Source: a phage. Taken from it: DNA of 64,000 nt. Below the pieces are notes generated by a model. The model was not told where the DNA came from. It saw only the letters and a program-made list of their open reading frames with translations, and did no database searches. The stretch lies in sequence record NC_102531.1; one strand, written 5' to 3'. This document shows, piece after piece, positions 1-9,972 of the stretch (the stretch's first letter is position 1; each line of letters starts with the position of its first letter). A program made the position numbers and the translations under genes.

Positions 1-397
1 CAACTTCAAGATCCATATCAAGCTGACCACCGATAGATCCGTAATCAACTATTCTGCCAGAAGAAGTTGCAGCAAGCTCACCAAAAACAGACCAGGCATT
101 TGCAGACACACCCCCAGCACCCTCTACAGTGGAGTCTGGGAGGATTATTTTAGGATAATCCCCGTTCCACGTGTAGTAGCGCTTAGTTTCTGGATCATAA
201 GCAAAGTCCTTCTTGCTCTTAAGATAACCACCCTCTGTGAAATAGACTATTTTAGTAATGCTGAGATCGTTGACAACATCATCAATCTTAGCCTTTCTTG
301 TCCCATCAGTCTGGTTGACAACCAAGAAGTCATCACTCAGGACTGTTTCTGCATCTTCAAGATCTGGAATTGGTATTGTAGGATAAGCTACAGCCAT
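1..397 (-). CDS. putative tail fibre / receptor-binding protein, N-terminal part (gene continues beyond window start)
   Basis: Open minus-strand frame running off the window edge; ATG at 395-397 with GGAGA-like RBS; translation begins MAVAYPTIPIPDLEDAETV...; position distal to baseplate genes. Function inferred from synteny only. Confidence 0.4.
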   Translation of the reverse strand, partial: MAVAYPTIPIPDLEDAETVLSDDFLVVNQTDGTRKAKIDDVVNDLSITKIVYFTEGGYLKSKKDFAYDPETKRYYTWNGDYPKIILPDSTVEGAGGVSANAWSVFGELAATSSGRIVDYGSIGGQLDMDLEV

Positions 398-406
398 GAT
401 TTCTCC

Positions 407-1123
407 TTAGTTAACATCAATAGCACGACCAGACTGGTTGGCAATAGCCTCATCATTGGAGGTAGCAATAACACCAGAGTATTCGCGCTCATCTGGAGCA
501 AGCGTCCAGGTATTGCGGTTAATGGTTTGTTCTGCCTCAGTCATCAGCAGATCTTTATCCTGAGTCAACAGAGAGCCTACAGGGATCGGGTTTTCCATCT
601 CAGGACCAGCATACTGGTTCCACCATGTGGCATCTCCGGTTCTAGGCAATCTGAAGTTGATCAGGTAGTACAGTTTATTAGCCCACTTAATCCAACCTTC
701 ATCATCACAGAGAGAGGTTGTCCCAGAATCAGGCTGTGGGTAGGTAAACTGATCAAGACCTACAAAAGCCAGCCTTACAATCTCGTTCTCTTTGGTAACA
801 ACCTCAAAGAACGCTTGGTATGTTCTCGATCTTCGATCCATGGTAGACTGGAAGTTTACGATGTTTAGTACATCCGGCTCTTGTCTTGCCACTTCCATAA
901 TCTTGTTATCAAGAACAGTCTTCATGACCTTCTTACTGAGAAAGTCCATATAAGGGAAGCCAAACAACTCGTCAAAGTACCAGCTCCCCTTCCACGTATT
1001 AAACCTCATCCACAAGCGCTGGCGTAGACTTACCTGGTTTGAATCTATCAACTCAAGACCTTTGTCTATCGCCAAATCGCCTGTCTGTGGGTCCATCAAT
1101 ATATCACTATAAAGCGTAGCCAT
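407..1123 (-). CDS. hypothetical tail/baseplate protein
   Basis: 238-aa ORF tightly packed in the tail module; no motif recognised. Confidence 0.35.
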   Translation of the reverse strand: MATLYSDILMDPQTGDLAIDKGLELIDSNQVSLRQRLWMRFNTWKGSWYFDELFGFPYMDFLSKKVMKTVLDNKIMEVARQEPDVLNIVNFQSTMDRRSRTYQAFFEVVTKENEIVRLAFVGLDQFTYPQPDSGTTSLCDDEGWIKWANKLYYLINFRLPRTGDATWWNQYAGPEMENPIPVGSLLTQDKDLLMTEAEQTINRNTWTLAPDEREYSGVIATSNDEAIANQSGRAIDVN

Positions 1124-1135
1124 GAAAGCCCTCTA

Positions 1136-1813
1136 TTAGTGCGGTCCACTTGTCTCGCCATCAGGGCAAGAGTGGGTATGACCTTTATATTCTGCATAGA
1201 ATGAATCCAAATCCACACCAGCAGCAGTTATAATTCTACCAGATGGGTCTATTGTGGCACCATTCATTCTGATATTTCCATCCACAGCAGCTCGCAAATT
1301 GGCAGCACCGTTAGTGAAAGAAAACTCCCCGCTGCTGTCGCACCGTAATGTCCCACCCGGTGTTTGAAGCTCAAAATCTCCAGAAGGTGTCAGTTTAAAA
1401 TAGACCTTATCATTCCATAACTCTACGTTATCAGGATCGATCTGTAAAGCGTTTGAGTCTGAATGAACAGAGGTTATTGCCCACCCAGGAAACAGGCCGT
1501 GAGTTTGTTGATCGTCGTTATTGTTTTCATTTCTCTCTGAAAACTGCAATCCTACAACATCACCAGCTTTAATAGGAAGTGTTAACCTTGCCTTTCCACT
1601 GTTTGCAGACATCACCTGAATTGGAACGTCATAGATAAGAGGGTATCTCTCCACATCTCCGTCATCAAACGTGGTTTCAGCTATTGGCTGCACGGCTGCA
1701 GAAGGGATACTGTAGTCTACACTGACAACTCTGGCCCTGATACTGGTGTGGTAGTCCCTCATTATTTTTTCTATAAAGGATCTTACAGCAGCATCTTTCC
1801 TATTTATTGCCAT
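1136..1813 (-). CDS. hypothetical baseplate protein (possible spike/hub)
   Basis: 225-aa ORF in tail module; C-terminal GHTHSCPDGETSGPH could be a metal-binding apex; speculative. Confidence 0.3.
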   Translation of the reverse strand: MAINRKDAAVRSFIEKIMRDYHTSIRARVVSVDYSIPSAAVQPIAETTFDDGDVERYPLIYDVPIQVMSANSGKARLTLPIKAGDVVGLQFSERNENNNDDQQTHGLFPGWAITSVHSDSNALQIDPDNVELWNDKVYFKLTPSGDFELQTPGGTLRCDSSGEFSFTNGAANLRAAVDGNIRMNGATIDPSGRIITAAGVDLDSFYAEYKGHTHSCPDGETSGPH

Positions 1814-2817
1814 TATACCTCCTCAGTTTTGTCAACAACCCCACCGACTGTTTCCCCAAGGCCAAGCTCTGTGATGTAATCACCTCCTTCTATGGTTCCT
1901 TTATGATGCACCGTGATCACCTTATAGAAGCCTGTATATTGCTTGCTTTTAAGATAAATAGTGGACTCTGGGAGGATAGCTCCGTTAAGGCATGTGGTTA
2001 CAGTAAGGCCAACATCCTCTCTCGGGTTTTTCTTTTTCTTTTTAGATGTCGAACCACCTTTGGCAGCAGCTTTAGCTTTTCGTTTTTTAGCAGGTTCTGG
2101 ATTTTTAGGGGTAGGAGATCCGTGCATCCCAGACTCTGCACTTATTTCAAACACAGAGTCTTTGAACCTTTTTCCAACCTTGGTCCAATACAAAGCCCCA
2201 TCCTGAACGCTAAATGTGGAGTTGGTCAGCCTTGCAAACCTGCGGAGGTTCTCTGCAGTGTTTCCAGAGAAAGCCATAGAGTATTGCAAAGTCTGGTTTC
2301 CAAAACCAACAACCCTACCTTTTGGCAAGTTCATATCCTTCAGCAGGTCATTAAGCACAGAGTTCAGAGGTGTGCCTTTCTGATAAGATCTTGTGCTTTG
2401 GCACTTAATGATGTTCTCAGTGCCATCCCCGAAGATGAACTTAGTTTTTCTGGTCGGACCTTCCCATCTGTCTTCAACAAACTCCACAGTTCCGGAGAAT
2501 ATTAACTGGTTCTCATTATCATAGCCAGCTTCAAACATAACTGCAAGGGCATCAGCCTGATGCATATCCAAATAGTTAACTGTATCGTCAGACAGGTTGT
2601 AAACTGTCACATAACCTTTGTTTGGCTCTTTGGTATTGTCCTTTTGTATGTCAAACTCTATATTGGCAGCACCAGTGTCCGAGCTAACTTCATAAACTCC
2701 GGAATCACTCTCCCCTTTCTTTTCAACAGATTTTGGGATATTGGTTTTTGATTTACCGCCATGTTCTACAGGACGACCAAACAATAATCGCCATGTTCTA
2801 CGTCTGTACTCTGCCAT
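1813..2817 (-). CDS. hypothetical tail/baseplate protein with lysine-rich segment
   Basis: 334-aa ORF; stop/start overlap with neighbours; internal KKRKAKAAAKGGSTSKKKKK stretch. Confidence 0.3.
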   Translation of the reverse strand: MAEYRRRTWRLLFGRPVEHGGKSKTNIPKSVEKKGESDSGVYEVSSDTGAANIEFDIQKDNTKEPNKGYVTVYNLSDDTVNYLDMHQADALAVMFEAGYDNENQLIFSGTVEFVEDRWEGPTRKTKFIFGDGTENIIKCQSTRSYQKGTPLNSVLNDLLKDMNLPKGRVVGFGNQTLQYSMAFSGNTAENLRRFARLTNSTFSVQDGALYWTKVGKRFKDSVFEISAESGMHGSPTPKNPEPAKKRKAKAAAKGGSTSKKKKKNPREDVGLTVTTCLNGAILPESTIYLKSKQYTGFYKVITVHHKGTIEGGDYITELGLGETVGGVVDKTEEV

Positions 2818-3197
2818 TATTCTAACCCTTGCTGTTCCTTGTAAAGATCAACCGGGGTGCCGTATACAAGTTGTAGCTCAGATCTCGCCCCAAGGTTATA
2901 TCTTCCAACCCTGCCCCAATATTGATCGTCTTTAAACGACAGCGCCATCAGTCTACCTTTCGGTAAATCATCTCGGTAATGCAGTCCGTCTAAAATATCT
3001 TGACAAGCTGTTACTTTTCTGGTTACTAAAGGGCTGTCACCTACTGGACCAAGAGATAACCACCAGGACTCATCCCTCTCATTCCATTGCATACGCATTT
3101 CATACGTTTCATTGTCTAAAACAACACGCATGGTTTGATCAGGAAAGCCGTCAATGTCCCACACAAAGGTAATTATGCACCAATCTTTAAGCTCCAT
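2817..3197 (-). CDS. hypothetical small tail/baseplate protein
   Basis: 126-aa ORF translationally coupled within tail module. Confidence 0.3.
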   Translation of the reverse strand: MELKDWCIITFVWDIDGFPDQTMRVVLDNETYEMRMQWNERDESWWLSLGPVGDSPLVTRKVTACQDILDGLHYRDDLPKGRLMALSFKDDQYWGRVGRYNLGARSELQLVYGTPVDLYKEQQGLE

Positions 3198-3209
3198 TAT
3201 ACGCTCTCC

Positions 3210-4121
3210 TTATTTCCCGTTAACTTTGTTGTAGTTTCCCTGCTCAGAGGGGACTATGGTAGAAGGTCTTCCATATTCCTGATAATACCAATCCGCAGCC
3301 GATTTGGTAACACCGTTTTCATCTGTCCACATCATAGATTTGTATGGCTGCCACTCCTCTGCAGCGTTTGTGGATGCAGTGTCTGCGAATGCTCCTGTGT
3401 CCCTCTTGTTACCCACGTTACTGCCATTCTTACAGTCGTTGACAGCACCTTTTTGCTGGGTTTTGCCTACTTTCTTAGGATTGCTGTATACAGTTGCATT
3501 AACAACCTTATTCAAGTAGAATGTGCGGAACTCTGTAAGCTCTACATCAAACACCATTGCAGCGCCTTCACCAACAGACTTGTTGGCAGAAAGACTGGTT
3601 ATGATGTAGTTCTCAAGAAGTCTCTCCTCGGTAACCAAAGAAACCAACTGTCGCTTATTGATAATCTCAGTCAAAGCCTCCAATGCAGCGCCTGGTCGCA
3701 TAGATGCTGCAGGGTTTTTAGAGTCAGTATTCCTATCAATGTAGTTTTGCTCATAAATTATGTGTGGAGATGTATTTACCCTACCAGTAAAAGAAAATAC
3801 ACCATCTTTAATTACAGCGTGGTCTGACAGGGTAGATTTATCTTCCACCGCAAACCCAGTCTTATCAACAGAATGTTTGAAAGAGTAATTCTCAACCTGA
3901 TCGAAGATAATGGCAAGATCGTTAGTAAAGTTTTTACCCTTCATCTCCGTATTGCGACCGCCATAGTTAAGACCGCTGACAAACATAGTGTACTTTACAT
4001 CGCTTTCAGTTTGCTGCTCTGCCTTTTCAGCCTTTGGAGATTTAACCTCTTGAGGCTTGTACAGGTCTTTTTCATCAACTATATTGCTTGGCATAACCTC
4101 TCCAGGACACTCCGATACCAT
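3210..4121 (-). CDS. hypothetical tail protein (immediately downstream of tape measure)
   Basis: 303-aa ORF; synteny only. Confidence 0.3.
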   Translation of the reverse strand: MVSECPGEVMPSNIVDEKDLYKPQEVKSPKAEKAEQQTESDVKYTMFVSGLNYGGRNTEMKGKNFTNDLAIIFDQVENYSFKHSVDKTGFAVEDKSTLSDHAVIKDGVFSFTGRVNTSPHIIYEQNYIDRNTDSKNPAASMRPGAALEALTEIINKRQLVSLVTEERLLENYIITSLSANKSVGEGAAMVFDVELTEFRTFYLNKVVNATVYSNPKKVGKTQQKGAVNDCKNGSNVGNKRDTGAFADTASTNAAEEWQPYKSMMWTDENGVTKSAADWYYQEYGRPSTIVPSEQGNYNKVNGK

Positions 4122-4159
4122 CTAGATATTGTATCATAAAATAGCCGTTTTTACAACAC

Positions 4160-4190
4160 CGATAAAATAAAGGGGGGCCGGAGCCCCCCT
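4160..4190 (-). terminator. rho-independent terminator candidate
   Basis: Minus-strand GC hairpin GGGGGGCTCCGGCCCCCC followed by TTTTATTTTAT, just downstream of the tape measure stop. Confidence 0.6.
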
Positions 4191-4200
4191 GCACAGTTTA

Positions 4201-6537
4201 TTACCAAAGGTCGGTAGACATGAAGTTGATATCTTTATTGTTCTCCCACTCAAGTTTTGCATCAAATATTTTGTTAAACTCACCCTCATCTATTGAAATC
4301 GTGATTTTCCCATCACTGATCTCTAAAGGTAGCATTTCCATAGTTCTTAATTGAGAAGCAAAACCAGGTCCACCCGGCAACGGAAGAGTCCCGCCCGGTA
4401 AGGTGTCCAAAGGATTAACAAGCCCGTTACCTCCCGATATGATATCTTTGCGAATCATATCGCTGATAGTATCCAGCTGCTGATTTCTTTCACTTAGTGG
4501 GTTGTAACGGTCATTAAATAATTCCCCGGCGCTTAGTATTGTACCGATAATGCCCAGCTTACCGAGCAGACCAACTTTGCCACCAGGTGTCTTGAGGCCA
4601 CCTCCACCTTTTCCTGCCGGAGCTCCACCACCAGATCCTTCTGTAGTAGCGGCACCCGCTGCTCCAGCTGCACCCCTTAGAAAGTTAAGGAATTTAAAGG
4701 TTTTTACAAGCATAGATGCCATGACAAAACCTTTTGTTAGGGCGTTGACGACCAGCATGATGGCAGCAGCAAACCCTGCCCATTTAGCGTAGCTAAAGGT
4801 GTCATGAAGCTCTTCAGAATATTCCTTCGTCTTGGCTGTTATGAACCCCCATTTAATCCCCCATTCAAGGAAAAACATGCGGATCTTGACTATAGTGTTG
4901 TTTAGTTCACCAACTACCCAGTTAAGGCCTCTCACAAACCCGCTAACAAAATCACCAGAGGCATCCCACACAAATTGCAGAGTCTCACCAGTGCGGATTA
5001 GTGTATAATAGAACTCTGTTAGTTCGTCAGACCAACGGGTGAACAGTTTCTGACGAGTCAGTTCGATAAAGGTTTTCAGTCTGTTTTCTGCCAGCACGTT
5101 AGACTTCTGCATTCTTTCATAACCAGCTGCAGATGCCTCGTTCATGTACTTAGCCACATACTTCATGATCTTGGCTGTTTTAACCTCGCCTTTCTTCATC
5201 ATATCCATGAACTGATCCATGGAGAGTTCAGAAAGACCAAAAGCCTCTTTGGTGGCCTTGATAAAAGGTTCGTATGCACCAGGCAATGCTTCAGCAAGCT
5301 GTTGCTTCAGTTCCTCGGACATTACTTGTCCCTTGCCAAGCATCTGTTGGATTGCCATAATACCGCGCTGGTATTTTACCTCATCGGCACCATAAGCAGC
5401 AGCATACTGGGAGTATGCAGAAAACAGCTCATGCACTTCCTGATTTGTCATCTGGTTTTTGGCGTTTACCGACATCTGGGCGTAACCTTGAAGACCAGAT
5501 TTGAGATCAAAACCAAGACGCATAGCCTCTTGCTGGACAAACGCAACCTCACTGTTGGCTTTGTTTGGATCTCCAGTAACAGCAGTAAGAGCAGCACTTG
5601 CCCCCTCCATCATGTGACCGGATCTGTTAACCGCAGCAAATCCAGAAAAAGCTGTATACGCAGCTGTTGCATTAATAACAGATCTACGTAAGTCTCTCAT
5701 GGCATCGCCTAGTGTAAGCGTTTGGCTGGTGGCGCTTTTAAACCCAGACTGCAGCGCTGACAGGTGGGCGTTAAAGGTTGACTTCTTCATCTCCCCGCGA
5801 GCAAACCTGGACTCTAACTCTGAGTATCCTGGCAAGCTTCCACGGAATCCGGCCCCATACTTGGCAGAAAGTCTTATCGCGGAGTTGTAGAGGTGGGTTC
5901 TCCTTGCCTCACGATCCGACATAAGCCTATTATCCATACCAGCTTTACTGTCTCTTCTTAGCTGTCTATGATAACGATTCATAGCGGCTGTCTGAGCTTT
6001 CACAAGGTTAGGGTCGGAAGCCACACCACCCATATTAGGGTTACCGGGGATATATTTGAAAGATTTGGCATTAGCCAAAACTCTTGCCTTAGGTGCCTTA
6101 TAACCACCGTAAGACACTGGTGCAGATTTGGCAGCCTTTTTGGCCTCTTTAGCTTGCTGCTGGTAGAACTTACGCATCCTAGCCATTTCTGGATTTTTAG
6201 CGGTAAGATTACCTACAGCTTGTTTACGTCTCGCATTCTCCCTACGTTCTATTGCAGCCCTTACTGCAGCCTCTTTCTTGGCCTGTGCTACGCTCTCTCT
6301 GTGCAGTTTAGCATTTGCCTGAGATTGCTGTCTGGCAACCCTCTGCATTGTCTGCTGGGTTTTAACAGCTACCGCCTGCCATCTACTCATGGGGTTGGCT
6401 GAGTTAAAATCCTCGCCCAGTTTCCTGAACTCCCTCCCAATACTGCGAATTTTCTCTACAGCTTTTTTGTAGGAGGAGTTCTCTATCTCAAAGCCAATCT
6501 TGTTGACTGTTGTGGCAACTATTTTGTTTGTAGCCAT
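4201..6537 (-). CDS. tail tape measure protein
   Basis: 778 aa, largest ORF of tail module; coiled-coil-like Ala/Gln/Lys-rich N-half, hydrophobic segments, Gly-rich tract AAGAAGAATTEGSGGGAPAGKGGGGLKTPGG; located after chaperone pair. Confidence 0.7.
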   Translation of the reverse strand: MATNKIVATTVNKIGFEIENSSYKKAVEKIRSIGREFRKLGEDFNSANPMSRWQAVAVKTQQTMQRVARQQSQANAKLHRESVAQAKKEAAVRAAIERRENARRKQAVGNLTAKNPEMARMRKFYQQQAKEAKKAAKSAPVSYGGYKAPKARVLANAKSFKYIPGNPNMGGVASDPNLVKAQTAAMNRYHRQLRRDSKAGMDNRLMSDREARRTHLYNSAIRLSAKYGAGFRGSLPGYSELESRFARGEMKKSTFNAHLSALQSGFKSATSQTLTLGDAMRDLRRSVINATAAYTAFSGFAAVNRSGHMMEGASAALTAVTGDPNKANSEVAFVQQEAMRLGFDLKSGLQGYAQMSVNAKNQMTNQEVHELFSAYSQYAAAYGADEVKYQRGIMAIQQMLGKGQVMSEELKQQLAEALPGAYEPFIKATKEAFGLSELSMDQFMDMMKKGEVKTAKIMKYVAKYMNEASAAGYERMQKSNVLAENRLKTFIELTRQKLFTRWSDELTEFYYTLIRTGETLQFVWDASGDFVSGFVRGLNWVVGELNNTIVKIRMFFLEWGIKWGFITAKTKEYSEELHDTFSYAKWAGFAAAIMLVVNALTKGFVMASMLVKTFKFLNFLRGAAGAAGAATTEGSGGGAPAGKGGGGLKTPGGKVGLLGKLGIIGTILSAGELFNDRYNPLSERNQQLDTISDMIRKDIISGGNGLVNPLDTLPGGTLPLPGGPGFASQLRTMEMLPLEISDGKITISIDEGEFNKIFDAKLEWENNKDINFMSTDLW

Positions 6538-6544
6538 GGTTTCC

Positions 6545-6588
6545 TCATAATAAAAAGGGCCAGATCCCAGAAAAGGAATCCGGCCCTT
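6545..6588 (-). terminator. hairpin plus U-tract (terminator/attenuator candidate) upstream of tape measure gene
   Basis: Minus-strand inverted repeat GGGCC...GGCCC followed by TTTTTATTAT. Confidence 0.35.
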
Positions 6589-6591
6589 AGA

Positions 6592-6950
6592 TTATCCTCT
6601 CCTGCGCTTAGCTTTCGCAGCAGCTGCGGCAGCCTTCTGCTCCCGCTCCATTTCCCTGTTTTGGACGGTATCTAGGAATTCTTCGATATCAAGATACTCA
6701 CAGAGCTTCAGGAAATACGCCATATCTGCAAGATTTAGCGATTCAAAATTTTCCCCTTTGAAATTCTTGAGCACCCTGCACCAAAGAAAGTCGAACCAGT
6801 TGAGTGAACTGTTCTTGGCTGCCCACTCACTGGCCCTCACAACAACCTTGCTTATTCCTGCTCTTCCGGAGTCTGATCCAGGTTGTTCACCTGCTGAATC
6901 ATACCCATCTGCTGTAACATCTCCAGAAGGCTTCCTAAACCGTCTTGTGT
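6592..6950 (-). CDS. tail assembly chaperone, -1 frame extension (GT-like fusion partner)
   Basis: Frame is open upstream of the annotated GTG and overlaps the 3' end of ORF 6852..7325 in the -1 frame; see slippery site. Confidence 0.45.
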
Positions 6951-7325
6951 GAAAAAACAGCCGTAGTTAACCTCCAGAACCTTACCTGCCAGCTTAATCA
7001 TCCCCAGCAGATGCCCTGCAAACACAACATCCGGGTTAAGCTTATCCACACCATCTACGGTAATATCTTCGAACAAGATTTTAAATAGCTCTTCAATAGA
7101 GTTATCATCAAGTTCTTGGAACAGGTAAGCCAGAGCTGTAGGAAGGACCTCTGCCATGTTCTGACCGCCTGAGATAATAGATCCACCGATAGCACCTAGC
7201 GGGACAGCCACAATCTTACCGATTTTAGGCATGTTTTTCATTGCTTTCATCGGTCCCCAGTGGGTGATCACAAAGTTGTGCCCTGCTAAATCAATCTCTG
7301 TTGTAGGTCTAAAGTTTATAGCCAT
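6852..7325 (-). CDS. tail assembly chaperone (G-like)
   Basis: 157-aa acidic ORF between tail tube and tape measure genes; synteny. Confidence 0.5.
   Translation of the reverse strand: MAINFRPTTEIDLAGHNFVITHWGPMKAMKNMPKIGKIVAVPLGAIGGSIISGGQNMAEVLPTALAYLFQELDDNSIEELFKILFEDITVDGVDKLNPDVVFAGHLLGMIKLAGKVLEVNYGCFFTQDGLGSLLEMLQQMGMIQQVNNLDQTPEEQE
6951..6957 (-). other. candidate -1 programmed ribosomal frameshift slippery heptamer (U UUU UUC)
   Basis: Minus-strand T TTT TTC in the 0 frame of the upstream chaperone ORF (codons ...GCFF...); the -1 frame downstream is open and is the frame of ORF 6592..6840. X XXY YYZ pattern, canonical position between tube and tape measure. Confidence 0.45.
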
Positions 7326-7435
7326 TTTATAGCATCCTTATTAGTCATGTTGTGCACCATATTTGTGTATTTTACCATGATTATGGTGCATTGTCAATTT
7401 AACCTTTCAAGCAATTCAAGAACGTGTGTCAAAAC

Positions 7436-7471
7436 CATAAAAGCAAAAAGCCCCACCCGAAGGTGAGGCTT
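7436..7471 (-). terminator. rho-independent terminator candidate
   Basis: Minus-strand hairpin AGCCTCACC-ttcg-GGTGGGGCT followed by TTTTTGCTTTTAT after the tube gene. Confidence 0.6.
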
Positions 7472-7487
7472 ATGCTAAAGTGTGCCC

Positions 7488-7961
7488 TTAGATAATACCT
7501 GCAAGACCTGCGAGGCCAGTAAGAGCACCAGTGATGTTATCACGGTTGAGCCATGCATCCAGAATACCGATATCCCAGTCCAGCTGACCTACTTCGGTTC
7601 CGTAAGTCAGGTCAGGCTGTTTCTGGATCCAACCAATTGTGGAAATACCAGGGCCCTGGCTACCTTCCAGCAGAACCGGGAAGAATACCAGGCCAGTAAT
7701 CGATGCCTGTTTCTGCCAGTCAGAAAGGTAAGCGTTCCATACAGAAGTGTTCTGCAAAGATACAGTCATAACACCAGATTGGTTACGAGACAGGGCAGCA
7801 GACATTTCGCCATCCACACCAACGTGAGGGTAGATGTTGTCTTCGTTTCTTGAAACAACGATCTTGGTGTCAGCAGCGAAGCCAGTGACACGCTGCTGCA
7901 TCAGATACAGTTTGACCTTTTTAGGGTCATACGCATAAGGAGTTAAAATTTGAGTTTCCAT
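7488..7961 (-). CDS. putative tail tube protein
   Basis: 157-aa ORF directly downstream of the sheath candidate and followed by a strong terminator; synteny. Confidence 0.5.
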   Translation of the reverse strand: METQILTPYAYDPKKVKLYLMQQRVTGFAADTKIVVSRNEDNIYPHVGVDGEMSAALSRNQSGVMTVSLQNTSVWNAYLSDWQKQASITGLVFFPVLLEGSQGPGISTIGWIQKQPDLTYGTEVGQLDWDIGILDAWLNRDNITGALTGLAGLAGII

Positions 7962-7971
7962 CTAGTCTTCC

Positions 7972-9348
7972 TTATTCAGTCATTGCAACAGCATTGGTGG
8001 ATTTAGAACCAACTTTGTCCAGAAGAACGTTGATCCGGATACGAACGAAGTGCAGGGCGTTGTTATACACCAGTTCTACTTTCACACCTTCCAGAACACG
8101 AGCAGCCAACTGATTGGTTGGGATTTCTGCACGTTTAGGAACTGTGATGATCGGGTCGTAGAATACATTATTGTCTTCGTCGAAACCTGTCAGGATCGCA
8201 CCATTCTTAATGCCAGTGTTGATTGGGTTGTTCATCAGGACAGACTTGATAACCGGAAGATCATCATCAGACATCTTCATGCTTAAACCCATGTTGGAGC
8301 GACGATGCATGTACCCAAACATAGATTCTTCAGATCTGAACTTGATCCAGTGTGCAAAACGAATAGCGTCTGCATACTGACCTGAAGCACACTTACCTTC
8401 CCAGAAAGCGCCAACACCGTTAATCATTCTGTAGAAGTTAACGTGGTTTTCCCAAATAGCCATACGCTGAGTTAAAGTCAGAGACGGTGCAATCACACCT
8501 GGCATCTGTTTTAAGTGCAAGCTGTCGCCGTAAGACGGATCGTTGGATGCCATAGCACCTATGATACCACCCTCCGGGAAGTCCTTATCTGCACGAGGAT
8601 CGTACATGCCGACACTGTCATATTGTGCAGCTTTCAGTTTGGTGGCGATGTTATTATCTTTACCAGTCACATCTTCTGCAGTAGAGTAGACATGCAGCTT
8701 GTAGTTAGCCTGAGCCCACTTAGCACATGCTTCGATGTCGGTGTGGTCTTCATGGCACAGGAAGTACCAATTGTCACGCTCAGCATTGATCTTATCAACT
8801 ACTGTAGAAGGTTTTTCAGCATTGGCGATATTTTTGATTGTATAGTTACCAGTATGATAACCAACGGTACAGTCACCAGTGATGGTGAGAACACCTTCAG
8901 CAGCCTCTACAGTGATATCGTTCAAGCTGTCATCTGCTTCAATTTTAGTCTTCATTGACTCTGCAATCTGAGTTGCACCTGTTCCACCAGAGATAGGCAC
9001 TATCAAAGAAGTATTGTAGCTACCTTTTGCAATAGTCATTACGACATCGGTATCAGCTGCGGCAGCAATACCTTTAAAATCTACAGTGGTCTTTTCTTTG
9101 GCCTGTCTGCCGATCATAACGTATTGTGGAGGGAATACACCACCAAAAGCTTTTGCTGCAAACTCATACGCTGCAGAGCCTTGTGCGAAACCATCTTCCA
9201 CCATCTGATCCAGCTCTGCATATACGCGAGCTCGCTCAGTAAAGTTGTTGTGGATAGCGATGAACAGGGGAGTTTCGAAACCTACAGTGTCAATAGGCTG
9301 GGTTCCGAGGTTAACTGTAACATCTACCACTTTATCTAAATATGGCAT
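7972..9348 (-). CDS. putative tail sheath protein
   Basis: 458-aa ORF upstream of tube and chaperones; size and order typical of contractile-tail sheath; no motif verified. Confidence 0.5.
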   Translation of the reverse strand: MPYLDKVVDVTVNLGTQPIDTVGFETPLFIAIHNNFTERARVYAELDQMVEDGFAQGSAAYEFAAKAFGGVFPPQYVMIGRQAKEKTTVDFKGIAAAADTDVVMTIAKGSYNTSLIVPISGGTGATQIAESMKTKIEADDSLNDITVEAAEGVLTITGDCTVGYHTGNYTIKNIANAEKPSTVVDKINAERDNWYFLCHEDHTDIEACAKWAQANYKLHVYSTAEDVTGKDNNIATKLKAAQYDSVGMYDPRADKDFPEGGIIGAMASNDPSYGDSLHLKQMPGVIAPSLTLTQRMAIWENHVNFYRMINGVGAFWEGKCASGQYADAIRFAHWIKFRSEESMFGYMHRRSNMGLSMKMSDDDLPVIKSVLMNNPINTGIKNGAILTGFDEDNNVFYDPIITVPKRAEIPTNQLAARVLEGVKVELVYNNALHFVRIRINVLLDKVGSKSTNAVAMTE

Positions 9349-9420
9349 TTGTTTCCTCTTAATATCTGTGCACGGATATCAAACACGCAGTGTAATCATT
9401 ACACTACACAATTATAACGA

Positions 9421-9972
9421 TTACTGACCACTGTCTGTAACCGCTTTACCAGAATTGGGTGAAGGGAAGTGTGTGGTTATTTCAGCCTTAATTCCCTCAA
9501 GATCCTCAAAAGCCCCAATGTCTGTTTCAACAAACCTTACGTTAAATGTCAGCATCACAGTGGCTCTATTTTCATACGTCTGCTTATTCAACGGCACTCT
9601 TTGAGGTGAGATTGTTGAATTGTTAGAGTAGGCAAAGCACGATCCCAGAGGGAAATACTTGTCATAAAACATTGGAAGGTTTATTGCTTGCAATACTCTG
9701 CTAAGTGCAGCATATGCCCTGCCACGATAAGCTGTTAGCAGATAGGTAACAGTGTAGCTGTGGGTGACGTAAGCATTACCCTCCGCATCTTGAAACTCAT
9801 TATCTTCCCAAGTGGTGGGATTGATCGCCAAGGTTTGTAAGAGTACAAACTCACCTTCCGGCTTCGGTATGGTAGAGCTTTCTGCCAGAACTACAGTTCT
9901 TCCTGTGGCAACCTTGACAAGCTTAGCAATGGCTGTTTCAAGATCAGAAAAAACTTTTTCGAAAGCTTCCAT
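9421..9972 (-). CDS. hypothetical neck / tail completion protein
   Basis: 183-aa ORF between capsid and sheath genes. Confidence 0.3.
   Translation of the reverse strand: MEAFEKVFSDLETAIAKLVKVATGRTVVLAESSTIPKPEGEFVLLQTLAINPTTWEDNEFQDAEGNAYVTHSYTVTYLLTAYRGRAYAALSRVLQAINLPMFYDKYFPLGSCFAYSNNSTISPQRVPLNKQTYENRATVMLTFNVRFVETDIGAFEDLEGIKAEITTHFPSPNSGKAVTDSGQ

Noticed and set aside
527-2505. Plus-strand ORFs (527-868, 1807-2505, 1961-2206) inside the minus-strand tail genes
   Set aside because: They are entirely antisense to longer, tightly coupled minus-strand ORFs, lack RBS, and have low-complexity translations; judged spurious.
4550-4792. Pro/Ala-rich 80-aa plus-strand ORF inside the tape measure gene
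   Set aside because: It is the antisense reading of the Gly/Ala-rich tape measure segment; a compositional artefact.
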